Positions 9,325 to 21,900 of a stretch of DNA of 32,584 bases are shown here, piece by piece. The notes under the pieces were generated by a model. It was not told the origin of the DNA. It did not search any database and was given only the letters and a program-made list of their open reading frames with translations. Every line of letters begins with the position of its first letter. Position 1 is the first letter of the stretch. A program made the translations under genes and the position numbers. This DNA comes from Octopus bimaculoides (Eukaryota), in assembly GCF_001194135.2 (NCBI RefSeq), contig NC_068987.1:76544001-76576584 (forward strand), written 5' to 3'.

Positions 9325-9450
9325 GATTTTGGTTCTTTCTTGAGGAAGACTAGCAGTTGCTCATACATACAAGTCAACCCCTCTCCACGCCACCGATGTT
9401 TGTCAAAGGAAAAGGCCGATATCTCTTGGCACCAATGTCATTGCAATTAT
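9325..9450 (-). mobile_element. Fragment of a SINE with an RTE/Bov-B-like tail
   Basis: Matches 12550-12750 (cccctctccacgccaccgatg...aaaaggccgata...cttggcacca). Confidence 0.6.
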
Positions 9451-9529
9451 TGCTATCAGAACTCAAAGAGTCAGAACAGGTACTGCTACACAATGTACCT
9501 GAACTGTTGTTCAGCCAATTCATCGTCAT

Positions 9530-9680
9530 GAATTGGTGTTGTTTTTATCGACCCCTAGAGGATAAAAGGCAAAGTTGAACGCGGTAAGATTTAAACTTAG
9601 AACGCCGAGACACGGAAAAAAAATGCCGTGAGATATTCTACCCAATGCTTTAACGACTGTGCCAACTCGCTACCCAAATT
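9530..9680 (-). mobile_element. SINE family A, 5' part
   Basis: tttatcgacccctagaggataaaaggcaaagttg core and tRNA-like head. Confidence 0.7.
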
Positions 9681-9759
9681 ACTGTCATGTAAGAATCACA
9701 CTGGATAATGTTGTCGTAAATTGCAATAGCACCTGAGGGATGGGGGTGGAATAGTAAGT

Positions 9760-9995
9760 AAAGTTACCTTCTCAAATCATGCCGACTCATAAGGGCCGGT
9801 TTCCCGGTTTGGATGGCGTATAAATTCCCCACCCGGACGGGACGCCGGTCCGTCGCAGGATTTAACTCAATTTTGCCAGCTGAGTGGACTGGAGCAACGT
9901 GAAATGAAGTGTTCTGCTTAAGAAGCACTACGCGTCGACCGGTCCAGGAATCGAAACCACAATCTTACGATCATGAGTTCAACACCCTAACCAAT
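9760..9995 (-). mobile_element. tRNA-derived SINE with CORE-like domain
   Basis: gccagctgagtggactggagcaacgtgaaatgaagtg; B-box-like ggaatcgaaacc on +. Confidence 0.75.
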
Positions 9996-10733
9996 AAATT
10001 TTTGGAGTTCACAATCGGCATGCTATTGAACAAGGCTTAAACAGAGCAAAAAAAAATCTTCGGGATGGTCAACGCTGGAACGCCTCAGATCATAGGGCTG
10101 CTCGATAAGGACTAACTCTGGTTCAAAAACAAAAACAAGACAATGACTGTCGTGGATGGATCATTAAAGATGATTGCAACTCTCGATTAGGGCCGATTAG
10201 GGCCGACCTAGGGTTAAAACACACACACACACACANNNNNNNNNNNNNNNNNNNNNNNNNNNNNNNNNNNNNNNNNNNNNNNNNNNNNNNNNNNNNNNNN
10301 NNNNNNNNNNNNNNNNNNNNNNNNNNNNNNNNNNNNNNNNNNNNNNNNNNNNNNNNNNNNNNNNNNNNNNNNNNNNNNNNNNNNNNNNNNNNNNNNNNNN
10401 NNNNNNNNNNNNNNNNNNNNNNNNNNNNNNNNNNNNNNNNNNNNNNNNNNNNNNNNNNNNNNNNNNNNNNNNNNNNNNNNNNNNNNNNNNNNNNNNNNNN
10501 NNNNNNNNNNNNNNNNNNNNNNNNNNNNNNNNNNNNNNNNNNNNNNNNNNNNNNNNNNNNNNNNNNNNNNNNNNNNNNNNNNNNNNNNNNNNNNNNNNNN
10601 NNNNNNNNNNNNNNNNNNNNNNNNNNNNNNNNNNNNNNNNNNNNNNNNNNNNNNNNNNNNNNNNNNNNNNNNNNNNNNNNNNNNNNNNNNNNNNNNNNNN
10701 NNNNNNNNNNNNNNNNNNNNNNNNNNNNNNNNN

Positions 10734-10794
<61 letters not shown>

Positions 10795-10849
10795 TATGTA
10801 TGTACGTATGTATGTATATATATGTATATATATAAATGTGTATGTGTGT

Positions 10850-11040
10850 GTATGACAACCGGTATTTTTTTTGTTTACCTCCTCGTAAACTAGCGGTTCG
10901 ACAAAAGTGACTGAAAGAATAATTAACAGGCTTAAAAGGAAAATAAGTACTAGGGTCAATTAGTTCGACTAAAAAGAAATTCCTTCCAAGCAGTGCCCCA
11001 GCATGGCCGCAGTCCAATGACTGAAATAAGTAGAGAATAC
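10850..11040 (+). mobile_element. SINE family B, 3' half
   Basis: gcagtgccccagcatggccgcagtccaatgactgaaa tail. Confidence 0.75.
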
Positions 11041-11187
11041 ACGATAGAATATTTTGTGTATTGTAGAAGTATAACCAATTTATTGCTCATAAGTTTTAAC
11101 ATCATAATCTTATATGGGCGTCCAAGGGTCATACCAACTCCCCGACCCCACCCCAAAGGTCATAGGAACCCCAGTTGAGAATCGCAG
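11041..11187 (-). mobile_element. 5' part of a hAT-type MITE (same family as 23782-24865)
   Basis: Minus strand gcgattctcaactggggttcctatgacc...ccatataagatt...ttctacaatacacaaaatatt. Confidence 0.7.
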
Positions 11188-11844
11188 GACTAAAGGATCG
11201 TGATTTCGACTTCGATGTCTCAGCGGCATTAGAAGGGTTAGAACCTTGCATTGCTCTCTCTCTCACTCAGACTTTATGTACTCTATTATCCTCTTCTTCT
11301 CCGTTTGCTTTTCTCCTTGTCCACCTCTCTCTCTTTTTCTCTCGTTCTCTCTCGCTCTCGCTCTCCCACCCCTCAATCAGTCTGTGTTTATAAACATCAG
11401 ACAATATCCAGAATAATTCATCTGTTACTGTAGATTTGTCAATTAGTTATTCTCTCTCTAGAGGTTATAACTACAAAATTGTTTCAAAGCGAAGCCAGAA
11501 ATATTTTCTCATATACAATTGATTAATTCATATGTTTTATGGTGTGTTACGCAATTTTGCCCGAGCCAAAATCGCCGATATTGATATTAAAACCACTGGT
11601 ACTATCATAGGAAAACAATTACAAAATATATGCACAACTACAGGCGCAGTAATAGCTGTGTTGTTAAGAAGACCGCATATATATTACATTAAATATAGAA
11701 TGAACACGTACATTTTAAGCATATATTTATATATATTTGTGTACATTGTTACAAAGTCAACAGTCACAATGCAGCTAATACTGTTAAGTAGAGACTAAAT
11801 ATTTGACTGAATATCTTTATCTTTCGTCACTGGAAATGTAAGTC

Positions 11845-11894
<50 letters not shown>

Positions 11895-12134
11895 CGTGTG
11901 TGTGTGTGTATGTTATGTATACATACAAGCACACAAGACTCTCTTTCACACACAATACACATACATATTTTATATACATACAAACATACACACATACATA
12001 CATACACATACATATATATATATGTATAGTAGTCCCACTGTGCGACATCTAGGATCAGCTGTCCTCTTTACAATAACAGGAGGACGATAAAAACCTCGTG
12101 AGGGGATCTGGTAGGCGGAAATTGAGAGAGGCTT

Positions 12135-12349
12135 GTCACATGTGTGTGTGCGTTCACGTTTCTGTTTGTTCCCCCTACCACCACCACCACTTGACAACCG
12201 GTGTTGGTTTGCTTTTCCCCACCCCATCCCCACCTGGCGGTTCAGTAAAAGTGAGCGACAGAATAAATAAGAGAAAACAGGTGCTGGGATCGATCATACC
12301 TTTTTAATCATGTTGAATAAAAGACACCATGACTGCAGTCCAATGACGG
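12135..12349 (+). mobile_element. SINE family B, 3' half
   Basis: ttgacaaccggtgttggtttg...catgactgcagtccaatgac. Confidence 0.7.
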
Positions 12350-12549
12350 NNNNNNNNNNNNNNNNNNNNNNNNNNNNNNNNNNNNNNNNNNNNNNNNNNN
12401 NNNNNNNNNNNNNNNNNNNNNNNNNNNNNNNNNNNNNNNNNNNNNNNNNNNNNNNNNNNNNNNNNNNNNNNNNNNNNNNNNNNNNNNNNNNNNNNNNNNN
12501 NNNNNNNNNNNNNNNNNNNNNNNNNNNNNNNNNNATATATATATATATA

Positions 12550-12750
12550 TAAAGGTAAAGACCCCCTTCCCTTCGGTTAATGAATGACCATGGGATTGCC
12601 CTGAAAAGGTTCCCCTCTGAGACACAAGTCCAGTCCAGGCAAGGTTGTTTATGGATACCAGCTTCCCCCTCTCCATGCCACTGATGTTATCCAAGGAAAA
12701 GGCAAAGGCAGATACAGCTTGGCACCAATGACGTCACAACTCATTTCTAC
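12550..12750 (-). mobile_element. 3' part of a SINE with an RTE/Bov-B-like tail
   Basis: + strand starts aaaggtaaagaccccc, typical of RTE-tailed SINE 3' ends read antisense; paralog at 9325-9450. Confidence 0.6.
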
Positions 12751-12839
12751 TCATTCTTTCAAATATATGTATGTGTATGTGTGTGTGCGTGTCTGTACAC
12801 ATAACTATGTAGAGGCACACGCACACATGTAGAATAAAC

Positions 12840-13218
12840 ATTTGCCTCCTCAGTATACAGCTGTACTCGGTCTCCGTTTGAAGGAGTCAACGTCGCATCA
12901 GGCGGTGTCGCATCAGAAATGCAGATGCTTCGGCCCCTTCTACTGCGACACCATTGCTACCCGGCACCACCGAATCTGTATTATATGTTTTGCATCATCC
13001 TCATTGCTCGTTCTTGCTGCGCTGCACGTATTCACTCTTGAGCCGGATGAATTAGCCTGCTTTCTCAGCGGTTCCAACAAATCCTCTAACACCTGTCTCT
13101 ACAGGAAGGCATATTGCTTCCTACCCATTGTTTTCGCAGAGTTCAAGCCATTTTCTCTCTCTTTCCCGAGGTAAAAGTCTTTGATGTTCACTTTCCAAGG
13201 AACTATCATCTCTACGAC
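12840..13218 (-). mobile_element. 3' fragment of a HERO/NeSL-like RLE non-LTR retrotransposon
   Basis: VEMIVPWKVNIKD.. and, after a frameshift, ELCENNG*EAICLPVETGVRGFVGT match the RLE signature VELTVPWE...CRxNGW...PVEVGxRGF. Confidence 0.75.
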
Positions 13219-13231
13219 CTACATACATAAC

Positions 13232-13520
13232 TGGTACTCTGTTGGTCACGACGACGAGGGTCCCAGTTGATCCGATCAACAGAACAGCCTGATCGTGAAA
13301 TTATCATGAAAGTGGCTGAGCACTCCACAGACACATGTAGTTCTCGGGGAGATTCAGTGTGACACAAAACGTGACAAGGTTGGACTTACCCATTTTGGCT
13401 TGCCGAGTGGACTGGAGCAACGCGAAACAAAGTGTTCTTGCTCAAGGACACAACGCACCGCCGCGAATTAAACTCGCAACCTTACGATCATAAGCCGAAT
13501 ACCCTAACCACTAAGCCACA
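13232..13520 (-). mobile_element. SINE family C variant
   Basis: Collinear with 6062-6384. Confidence 0.8.
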
Positions 13521-15422
13521 TACATACATACATACATATAAACACTCATGCATACATACACACATACATTCATATACACACTCGTACATACATATACACA
13601 TACATACACAAACACATAAATACATACATATACACACACATGCATACACAAACATACACACATACATATACACACATACATACATATATTCATACATATA
13701 AACATACATACATACCGGCATGTATGCACGTGTACATATGCGTAAATGGGCACAGATATATACACATTTACAAGAATAAACATATATATATATATATANN
13801 NNNNNNNNNNNNNNNNNNNNNNNNNNNNNNNNNNNNNNNNNNNNNNNNNNNNNNNNNNNNNNNNNNNNNNNNNNNNNNNNNNNNNNNNNNNNNNNNNNNN
13901 NNNNNNNNNNNNNNNNNNNNNNNNNNNNNNNNNNNNNNNNNNNNNNNNNNNNNNNNNNNNNNNNNNNNNNNNNNNNNNNNNNNNNNNNNNNNNNNNNNNN
14001 NNNNNNNNNNNNNNNNNNNNNNNNNNNNNNNNNNNNNNNNNNNNNNNNNNNNNNNNNNNNNNNNNNNNNNNNNNNNNNNNNNNNNNNNNNNNNNNNNNNN
14101 NNNNNNNNNNNNNNNNNNNNNNNNNNNNNNNNNNNNNNNNNNNNNNNNNNNNNNNNNNNNNNNNNNNNNNNNNNNNNNNNNNNNNNNNNNNNNNNNNNNN
14201 NNNNNNNNNNNNNNNNNNNNNNNNNNNNNNNNNNNNNNNNNNNNNNNNNNNNNNNNNNNNNNNNNNNNNNNNNNNNNNNNNNNNNNNNNNNNNNNNNNNN
14301 NNNNNNNNNNNNNNNNNNNNNNNNNNNNNNNNNNNNNNNNNNNNNNNNNNNNNNNNNNNNNNNNNNNNNNNNNNNNNNNNNNNNNNNNNNNNNNNNNNNN
14401 NNNNNNNNNNNNNNNNNNNNNNNNNNNNNNNNNNNNNNNNNNNNNNNNNNNNNNNNNNNNNNNNNNNNNNNNNNNNNNNNNNNNNNNNNNNNNNNNNNNN
14501 NNNNNNNNNNNNNNNNNNNNNNNNNNNNNNNNNNNNNNNNNNNNNNNNNNNNNNNNNNNNNNNNNNNNNNNNNNNNNNNNNNNNNNNNNNNNNNNNNNNN
14601 NNNNNNNNNNNNNNNNNNNNNNNNNNNNNNNNNNNNNNNNNNNNNNNNNNNNNNNNNNTATATATATATATATATATATATATGCACATGCACACTTACA
14701 CGTACATGAATACATGATACATATATACTCATACACACATACACACACACATATATTTATATTCATGCATACATTTATTTATACATATCAATATAGATAC
14801 ACACACACACACATGTATACATATCAATACATATATGTATGTATCTGTCTGTCTTACTAGTTATTTCTCTACCTGTCTCCTATCAATCTAATTATCTGTC
14901 TACCAATCTATGTATCATATTCACCATATGTTGCATACGATATTTGCATCGGCAGCTTGATTGGAGTTTGCTTTGCTAAACGTTTTACAGATGCAAAACA
15001 CTAGGTCCAACCCTTTAGACGTTTACGCGTATATTTCACCGATGTCTAACGGAGAAATCAGTAAACACAGGCAAAACATGCGATGCTCTTCGAGCGAATT
15101 TATTTGTACCGAGTTACGCGCGCTCTCTTGTCCCAGTTACTCTTTCTCAATCTCTTCCTATCTCTTTCTCTCTTTGTGGTTGATGCTACGCAAACCCGTA
15201 TTCAATGAGGCTCTTGCTATATAAAATGAATAATATTGTTACTCTGAATGGGGGCAATCTGCAAATAAACAGTATCTACGATATGCATCCATTTGATGTT
15301 CGACATTATAATTACAACTATATATTAGACAAATACGGCATATCCTATAAGAGAAAGTCTGCGTGTCGCCCCGACCTGCTGAATAGTACGATGTGGTCTT
15401 ATCAACATACATTCACACACAC

Positions 15423-15517
<95 letters not shown>

Positions 15518-17273
15518 TAAATGACATCACAAGAAGGTCAATTTTTAATAAATATTGTATTAATTCAACGATTAAAATGAAGGGGAAAACCTTAACGTCC
15601 TTTATCAAAATAAAAGTATAGATAAACGTAAAGACGGCGTATGAAAAAGAAAAACTGGTTGAGGAAAAAACTGGCACGACAGGTTAGGGGCTAGATGAGG
15701 ATGTCGTTCTGCGGGAGGAAATGCGCGTGTATGTGTTTGTATGAGTGTGTGTATGCGTGTCTGTGTGCGTGTGTGAGTCTTTTGGGGTGTATGCGTATAA
15801 AGGTGTGAAAGTATGGATGTGTTGTAACGTTGGTTAGAGGGGTATGTTTTAAGGTGTCAAGAAAGCGTATACGTGGCATTGTCGGAGCGTGCGCGGGTGT
15901 GAAGTAAAAGTAAAGTGAGATGAATGTGGATGTATGATAGAAGTGTATGGCTATGAGATGCTCTTAATTGGAAGAAAGTTTTGAAAAGGGTACAATACGA
16001 TTTCAGTAAATGCTGTTAATGTTGTTTCAATTGCGTTTACTGAATTTTTTACAGCTCAACAAGCTTTCTGCTATACCAGTGAATGCATTGTTCAATTTCC
16101 TCTATATCGAAATACGAATTTCATCTTACCAGGTGGCAACCAGACGTATGGCGTCGACAAGCCCCAAAGAGTGGGGTGGAATGCATCATATATATATATG
16201 TATGTATGTATGTATATATGTATGTATATATATATATATATATATNNNNNNNNNNNNNNNNNNNNNNNNNNNNNNNNNNNNNNNNNNNNNNNNNNNNNNN
16301 NNNNNNNNNNNNNNNNNNNNNNNNNNNNNNNNNNNNNNNNNNNNNNNNNNNNNNNNNNNNNNNNNNNNNNNNNNNNNNNNNNNNNNNNNNNNNNNNNNNN
16401 NNNNNNNNNNNNNNNNNNNNNNNNNNNNNNNNNNNNNNNNNNNNNNNNNNNNNNNNNNNNNNNNNNNNNNNNNNNNNNNNNNNNNNNNNNNNNNNNNNNN
16501 NNNNNNNNNNNNNNNNNNNNNNNNNNNNNNNNNNNNNNNNNNNNNNNNNNNNNNNNNNNNNNNNNNNNNNNNNNNNNNNNNNNNNNNNNNNNNNNNNNNN
16601 NNNNNNNNNNNNNNNNNNNNNNNNNNNNNNNNNNNNNNNNNNNNNNNNNNNNNNNNNNNNNNNNNNNNNNNNNNNNNNNNNNNNNNNNNNNNNNNNNNNN
16701 NNNNNNNNNNNNNNNNNNNNNNNNNNNNNNNNNNNNNNNNNNNNNNNNNNNNNNNNNNNNNNNNNNNNNNNNNNNNNNNNNNNNNNNNNNNNNNNNNNNN
16801 NNNNNNNNNNNNNNNNNNNNNNNNNNNNNNNNNNNNNNNNNNNNNNNNNNNNNNNNNNNNNNNNNNNNNNNNNNNNNNNNNNNNNNNNNNNNNNNNNNNN
16901 NNNNNNNNNNNNNNNNNNNNNNNNNNNNNNNNNNNNNNNNNNNNNNNNNNNNNNNNNNNNNNNNNNNNNNNNNNNNNNNNNGGGTATATTGGTGTAATCG
17001 GTTACTATACTTATCACGAATATGAAAAGTGTGGATTCGATACCCACGCGTGCTAATACCCACTTTTTTTCCGCCGAGGGCTTATATGCCCCAATGTTAG
17101 ACAATTTTCATTTTTTTTGAAAGCTTATTATTATTATATTGAGTTTTTAGTTCATCTCTATGAAGAAATTTTCCTCCGATAAAAAAACACAGCACCATGC
17201 TTTTGAACGGTGTATATACATTTAGTATACAGATGACGAGATTAATTTAATATTGTTTTAATAGCGTTCACCG

Positions 17274-17316
<43 letters not shown>

Positions 17317-17981
17317 TAAATGTATGCATATATAAATATGAATGTGCGTGTGTTAGACGGTTGACGATCTGTTTCATATTTACTATCCAGCAACAGTTTT
17401 GGTGAGAATTAAAGTTATCTAACCTAATTATCAATCATCTAAAATAAAAATAAAATTTTATTTTATTATTAAAATTACTTTGTTCGCGATTTTACTCTTT
17501 CTGTTCGATTACGTATTTCAAACGTTTAAAGCATGCTCTCTCACAAGTCGAAATTATCATATTTGCATATTTTCTAGGGTGAATGAGAGAACGGAGGAAG
17601 AAAAGAATTCAAGTAAAAATATGACTGATAAATACTACCACCTTGCAGAGAAGTGAATGAATATTCGAATAAAAGCTAATTATTTTTGTTCGTCTGCTGA
17701 CCAAAGTAAACTTTGACTTTTGTCATGTCTGAAAGGCCTTTGATCATAAGTTTGGTCATTTAGGCTTAACCTAGAACTAAACAACAATGGCAAAAGCAAG
17801 TTAAAACCCTGGCATGCCAGGAATATATCAGTTATACTATTGAAACTCGCTAGTATATAATACTTAAGACCTATGTAACACTAGAATACATAATTCTATA
17901 TTACGTTATATATTAAACACAATAATGACATTAAATCTCTTTAAACATAAAATACTGCAGCAATCTAACATCCTCAGCAAA

Positions 17982-18277
17982 AGTGGTCAGCGAACAACGG
18001 GATGGGAACCAGTACTGGGTCAGGATCATTTGGTCCCGGGCCGCACAGAAAAAATAAGATTTTAAATCTAATTTCTACTTTATTGTCTGTCCCAGTCTGC
18101 AGGGTGTTTTGCATTATGCATGAATTATATATGTAATATATTTGCATTATATATGTGACAATTAAATCATATAGTATGCTCTTTATTGTTTTGTTATGCG
18201 CGTGCTCCGCTGGTCCGTGGAAAAAATTTTCTTGCATGAAGCCTGTTCGTAGTTGAAAAAAAGATTGGGGACCGCTG
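17982..18277 (+). mobile_element. hAT-Charlie (MER1-like) MITE
   Basis: 3' end ggtccgtggaaaaaattttcttgcatgaagcc...aaagattggggaccgctg and internal ccgggccgcacag resemble MER1/Charlie3-type termini; 5' terminal inverted repeat (TIR) decayed. Confidence 0.6.
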
Positions 18278-18519
18278 CTCTACTGGACATTTCCGTGTTT
18301 TATTTATATCATTGTTTCGTAAACTTTCTTTCCCTACGATCCTTTCTTTTTATCAGATACATTTTCACGCTATCTCTTCGTATTAATATTCAGCAGGTAA
18401 AAATAAGCTCTGAATGTGATTAAATGCAAAAAAAAAAAAATCCTTTTAATAACAAATTAAAACTCAGGGAATATAAATAACGAAAATTTTAGGCTGCATA
18501 ACACGTTGCAAATAACAAA

Positions 18520-19000
18520 AAAATGTATTGTATGACTATCTTCCATGGGATAAATATGTTTGTTTATTTTAGTACAATGCAAGAAACTGGCTTTATATTC
18601 ATCAATGATGTTTTTAAAGGAATTTCTAAGTTCTCAATAGTTGTGCTATACTTTTTCTTTATTGGTGTTAAAACTGAAAATTCTGTTTCAGATAAATATG
18701 CTAAACGAAGTTGAAAATAAGCTGTTATTGTTAATCTGGATTGCTTTAAGAATTCTGATTTCATATTCGACTGAAAATAAAAGAAAAACGCTTTTAATTC
18801 TGTTTTTGAAAATTCGAGTTTGAGACTTGCATCATAAGATAGCTCTGCAATTCTTGAGCATTAAAGAAAAAAATCCACGTGTTTCATTGCCAATTGTAGA
18901 ACAAGTGAAAAGCTCTTCAAAAATTAAAATTGTCTATATGCGCTTAAAAAATATTTGCCGGACAGTTTCCCCACGTATAAAATGAGATCATATAGGATCT
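18520..19000 (-). pseudogene. Fossil hAT (Buster/Charlie-type) transposase C-terminal dimerization region
   Basis: RIAELSYDASLKLEFSKTELKAF...MKSEFLKQSRLTIT..LAYLSETEFSVLTPIKKKY..LKTSLMNIKP aligns by eye to ELSxDxxLKxxF..FW..K.EFP.LS.....TYLCExGFSxLTxIKxKY. Confidence 0.7.
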
Positions 19001-19235
19001 GCGTAATTGAATTAAAAGACAAATCATTTTCTCAGATAAAATCATCAGTGTATGAAAACGTTTTCAATTTAACACCCTATGCTGCATGTTCTCACAGGTT
19101 TTTTTTTTTTCAAAATTGCTTCATTTTTTTTCTCCCTTTCAAGTAAAAAATATTTGTGATCTTTCATTGCGGAGACATATTAAATTTATGAAGCTCTTTT
19201 AATAAATAATATAATTTGCAGAATTAATTCTCATT

Positions 19236-19640
19236 CCTTTATTATTTTATTCTCTTACCATTTTTAGTCATTGGACTGCAGTTATACTGGGGTGCTGCCT
19301 TGAAGGGTTTAGTCGACCAAATCGACACCTGTACTATATTTAAAGCCTGTTATTTATTCTATCGGTAACTTTTTGCTGAACAGCTAAGTTACGGGACGTA
19401 AACGAGCCAACACCGGTTGTCATGCTAAGACACGCTCACACACCCAGACTCCCCCCACACATATAGTTAGGTAGATAGATAGGCTTTCTTTCATTCAGTT
19501 CCTATCTACCAGATCCACTCACAAGGCTTTGGTCGGCTCTGAGCCATAGTAGAAGACACTTGCTCAAGGTGTCAGACAGTGTGACTGAATCTGTAACAAT
19601 TTGGTTGAGAAGCAAACTTGTTATACAACCACGCATGCGC
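19236..19640 (-). mobile_element. SINE family B, near full length
   Basis: Collinear with 29731-30130. Confidence 0.8.
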
Positions 19641-19964
19641 TTCATCATGAAAAAAAAATGCCCTGAGATTTGAATTCTTACCTCGTTTGTTGAGTGTACC
19701 CAGTCATCTGAAAGAGACACTGTTATTACTATTGCTATTCCTGTTCCTGTTGTTGTGTTTTGTTGTCGTTGTGCATGTTGCCCTACAACGGTCTGGCGTT
19801 GTTTGGTGCTCAGAGGTTATCGATGTTGGTTTTTACTTTACATTAGATTTTCTCAGAGGCGATCGTCGCTGTGAGGATTGTAAATGGACGGGATGAACAA
19901 AATGCCATAACCTTTATTGAATTTGTACAACACAATGTCAAAGAAAGAAGAATCATATCGATGC

Positions 19965-20416
19965 CAACTCAACTAGCAGAATCGTTAGCACTCCAGGCAA
20001 AATGCTAAGCAGCATTTCATCCGTTTTTATGTTCTGAATTCAAATTCTGCCGAGGATGACTTAGCCTTTCATCTTTTCTGGGTCGATAAAATAAAAACCA
20101 GTTGAACACTGGGGTCGATGTCGTCGACTGTTACTCACCCATTCAGAATTTCAGGCCCAGTACCTTTAACAGAAAAGATTAATAAAGTAGGTGAAAGTGC
20201 CGAGGGCAAAATGCTAAGCGGTATTTCGTCCTTCTTTACGCTCTGAATTCAGAATCCTCCGAGGTTGACTTTGCCTTTTATCCTTTAAGGGTCAATAAAA
20301 TAAGAACCAGCTGAGCACAGGGGTCGATGTAATCGACTGTCCCACACGCACCCACCCTGAATTTCAGGACTTGTGTCTTTAATAGAAAGGATTAATAATT
20401 TGGGTGAAAGTACCGA
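19965..20416 (+). mobile_element. Two tandem SINE family A copies
   Basis: gcaaaatgctaagc...gggtcgat...gaatttcagg...gattaata...ggtgaaagt.ccga occurs twice. Confidence 0.85.
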
Positions 20417-20829
20417 TGGGTGATTTGTATCAGGTAGAGCACTACTATTCTGTATCGTACAGAGGTGAAATTAGATGCACTGACAGTAGTAGACGGTCTT
20501 ATCCAGCCAACGAGAGGACATCAACTTTAGTCTGTCAACCTGCCAAGAAATAGCAACCAAATTTCCCTCTACTTATGCCCTTTCTGTCTTATAAAAGAAC
20601 AGAGGAACATAAATAATGCAATCATAGATACACGATCTCTGAGAAAACATACAAAAAACAAAGCAATTAACGGAATGTTAAATGCCAGAATACTTTTCGT
20701 TATAGGTCTGCTGGTTAGAGGCGAGTCTTCTTAATCATATATATATATATATATATATATANNNNNNNNNNACATACAAACATACATACATACATATATA
20801 TATTATATATTATTTATTGTTATCAGCTA

Positions 20830-20950
20830 AGTGGACAAAAGGAACGTGAAATGAAGAGTTTTGCTCAAGACCACGATGTATCACTGTGTCCAGGAATCGA
20901 AACCACAATTTTATGTTCATGAATGCAACACCCTAATCACGAAGCCTAGC
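20830..20950 (-). mobile_element. tRNA/CORE-like SINE head fragment
   Basis: aacgtgaaatgaagagttttgctcaag...ccaggaatcgaaaccac, as in 9760-9995. Confidence 0.7.
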
Positions 20951-20997
20951 GCCCCCCCCCCCCACACATACACATACACATGCACACACACACATGC

Positions 20998-21042
20998 AGA
21001 TAGACAGACTGACAGATAGATAGATATATAGATAGATAGATT

Positions 21043-21126
<84 letters not shown>

Positions 21127-21127
21127 A

Positions 21128-21185
<58 letters not shown>

Positions 21186-21188
21186 GGA
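20998..21188. repeat. (GATA)n/(GACA)n compound tetranucleotide repeat
   Basis: Read directly. Confidence 0.95.
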
Positions 21189-21900
21189 TAAACATGCCGG
21201 CTCTATGCCCTGAAGAACTAGTTCTCTCCAATATTGTGCATCTTTACTGATTATAATGAATCACGGCAGAAATCTAATCATAACTAAGAGATGGATCTAA
21301 ACCAAGAATTTCTAAACCAATAACCGTATGTGTGTGTGTGTGTGCATGTGTGTGTAACGGAAGATTTGCTCCAAGGTAAGATCAGGCATATTTCCTCTAT
21401 ATCGTATATCAGACGTTAGCAGTTTTTGTCTATCCTTTCACGCTATAAACTTATGTTACTGCCCCCAAGAAATATATAATTTATATGAATATTTGTTGAA
21501 TTCTTTTTATGAAAACACCTCGCTAAGACTAATTACCACGTAAGCGGTAGGGCATGCATCTTATTACCGCGTATGTATGTGCGCGTATAGAGTATGCGTG
21601 TGTTTATGTGTGTGTTTGTGTGTGTGTGTTAGAAATTCCAATAACATATCATTGCTGATTTCTCTTCTTTAACCCACAATCACATGTTTATTAAGATGAG
21701 TAGGTCTCAGTATATTACTGGTATTTACCTGAACAACCATCTCTATATCTCATCACCGGCAGAATGATAAAAGGTAAAATTACATCAAGATTTTGAACTG
21801 AACACGTAATTAAATAGAGGTTTCAGATTTTGGCATAAGGCCAGCAACTTCAGGGAAGAAATCAAGTCGACCTCATCGACCGCACAGCTCAACTGTGACT

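Noticed and set aside
12880-12950. GAAG...CTGATGCG arrangement on the minus strand as a permuted hammerhead
   Set aside because: Core positions deviate (GAAG, CUGAUGC) and no stem I is present.
15540-15950. Possible second PLE-like CA-rich UTR on the minus strand
   Set aside because: Similarity is only compositional; no hammerhead core or protein remnant is identifiable.
15985-16200. Open plus-strand stretch with a ttttttacag acceptor
   Set aside because: All three frames are open over much of it, there is no recognisable motif, and it runs into a microsatellite and gap.
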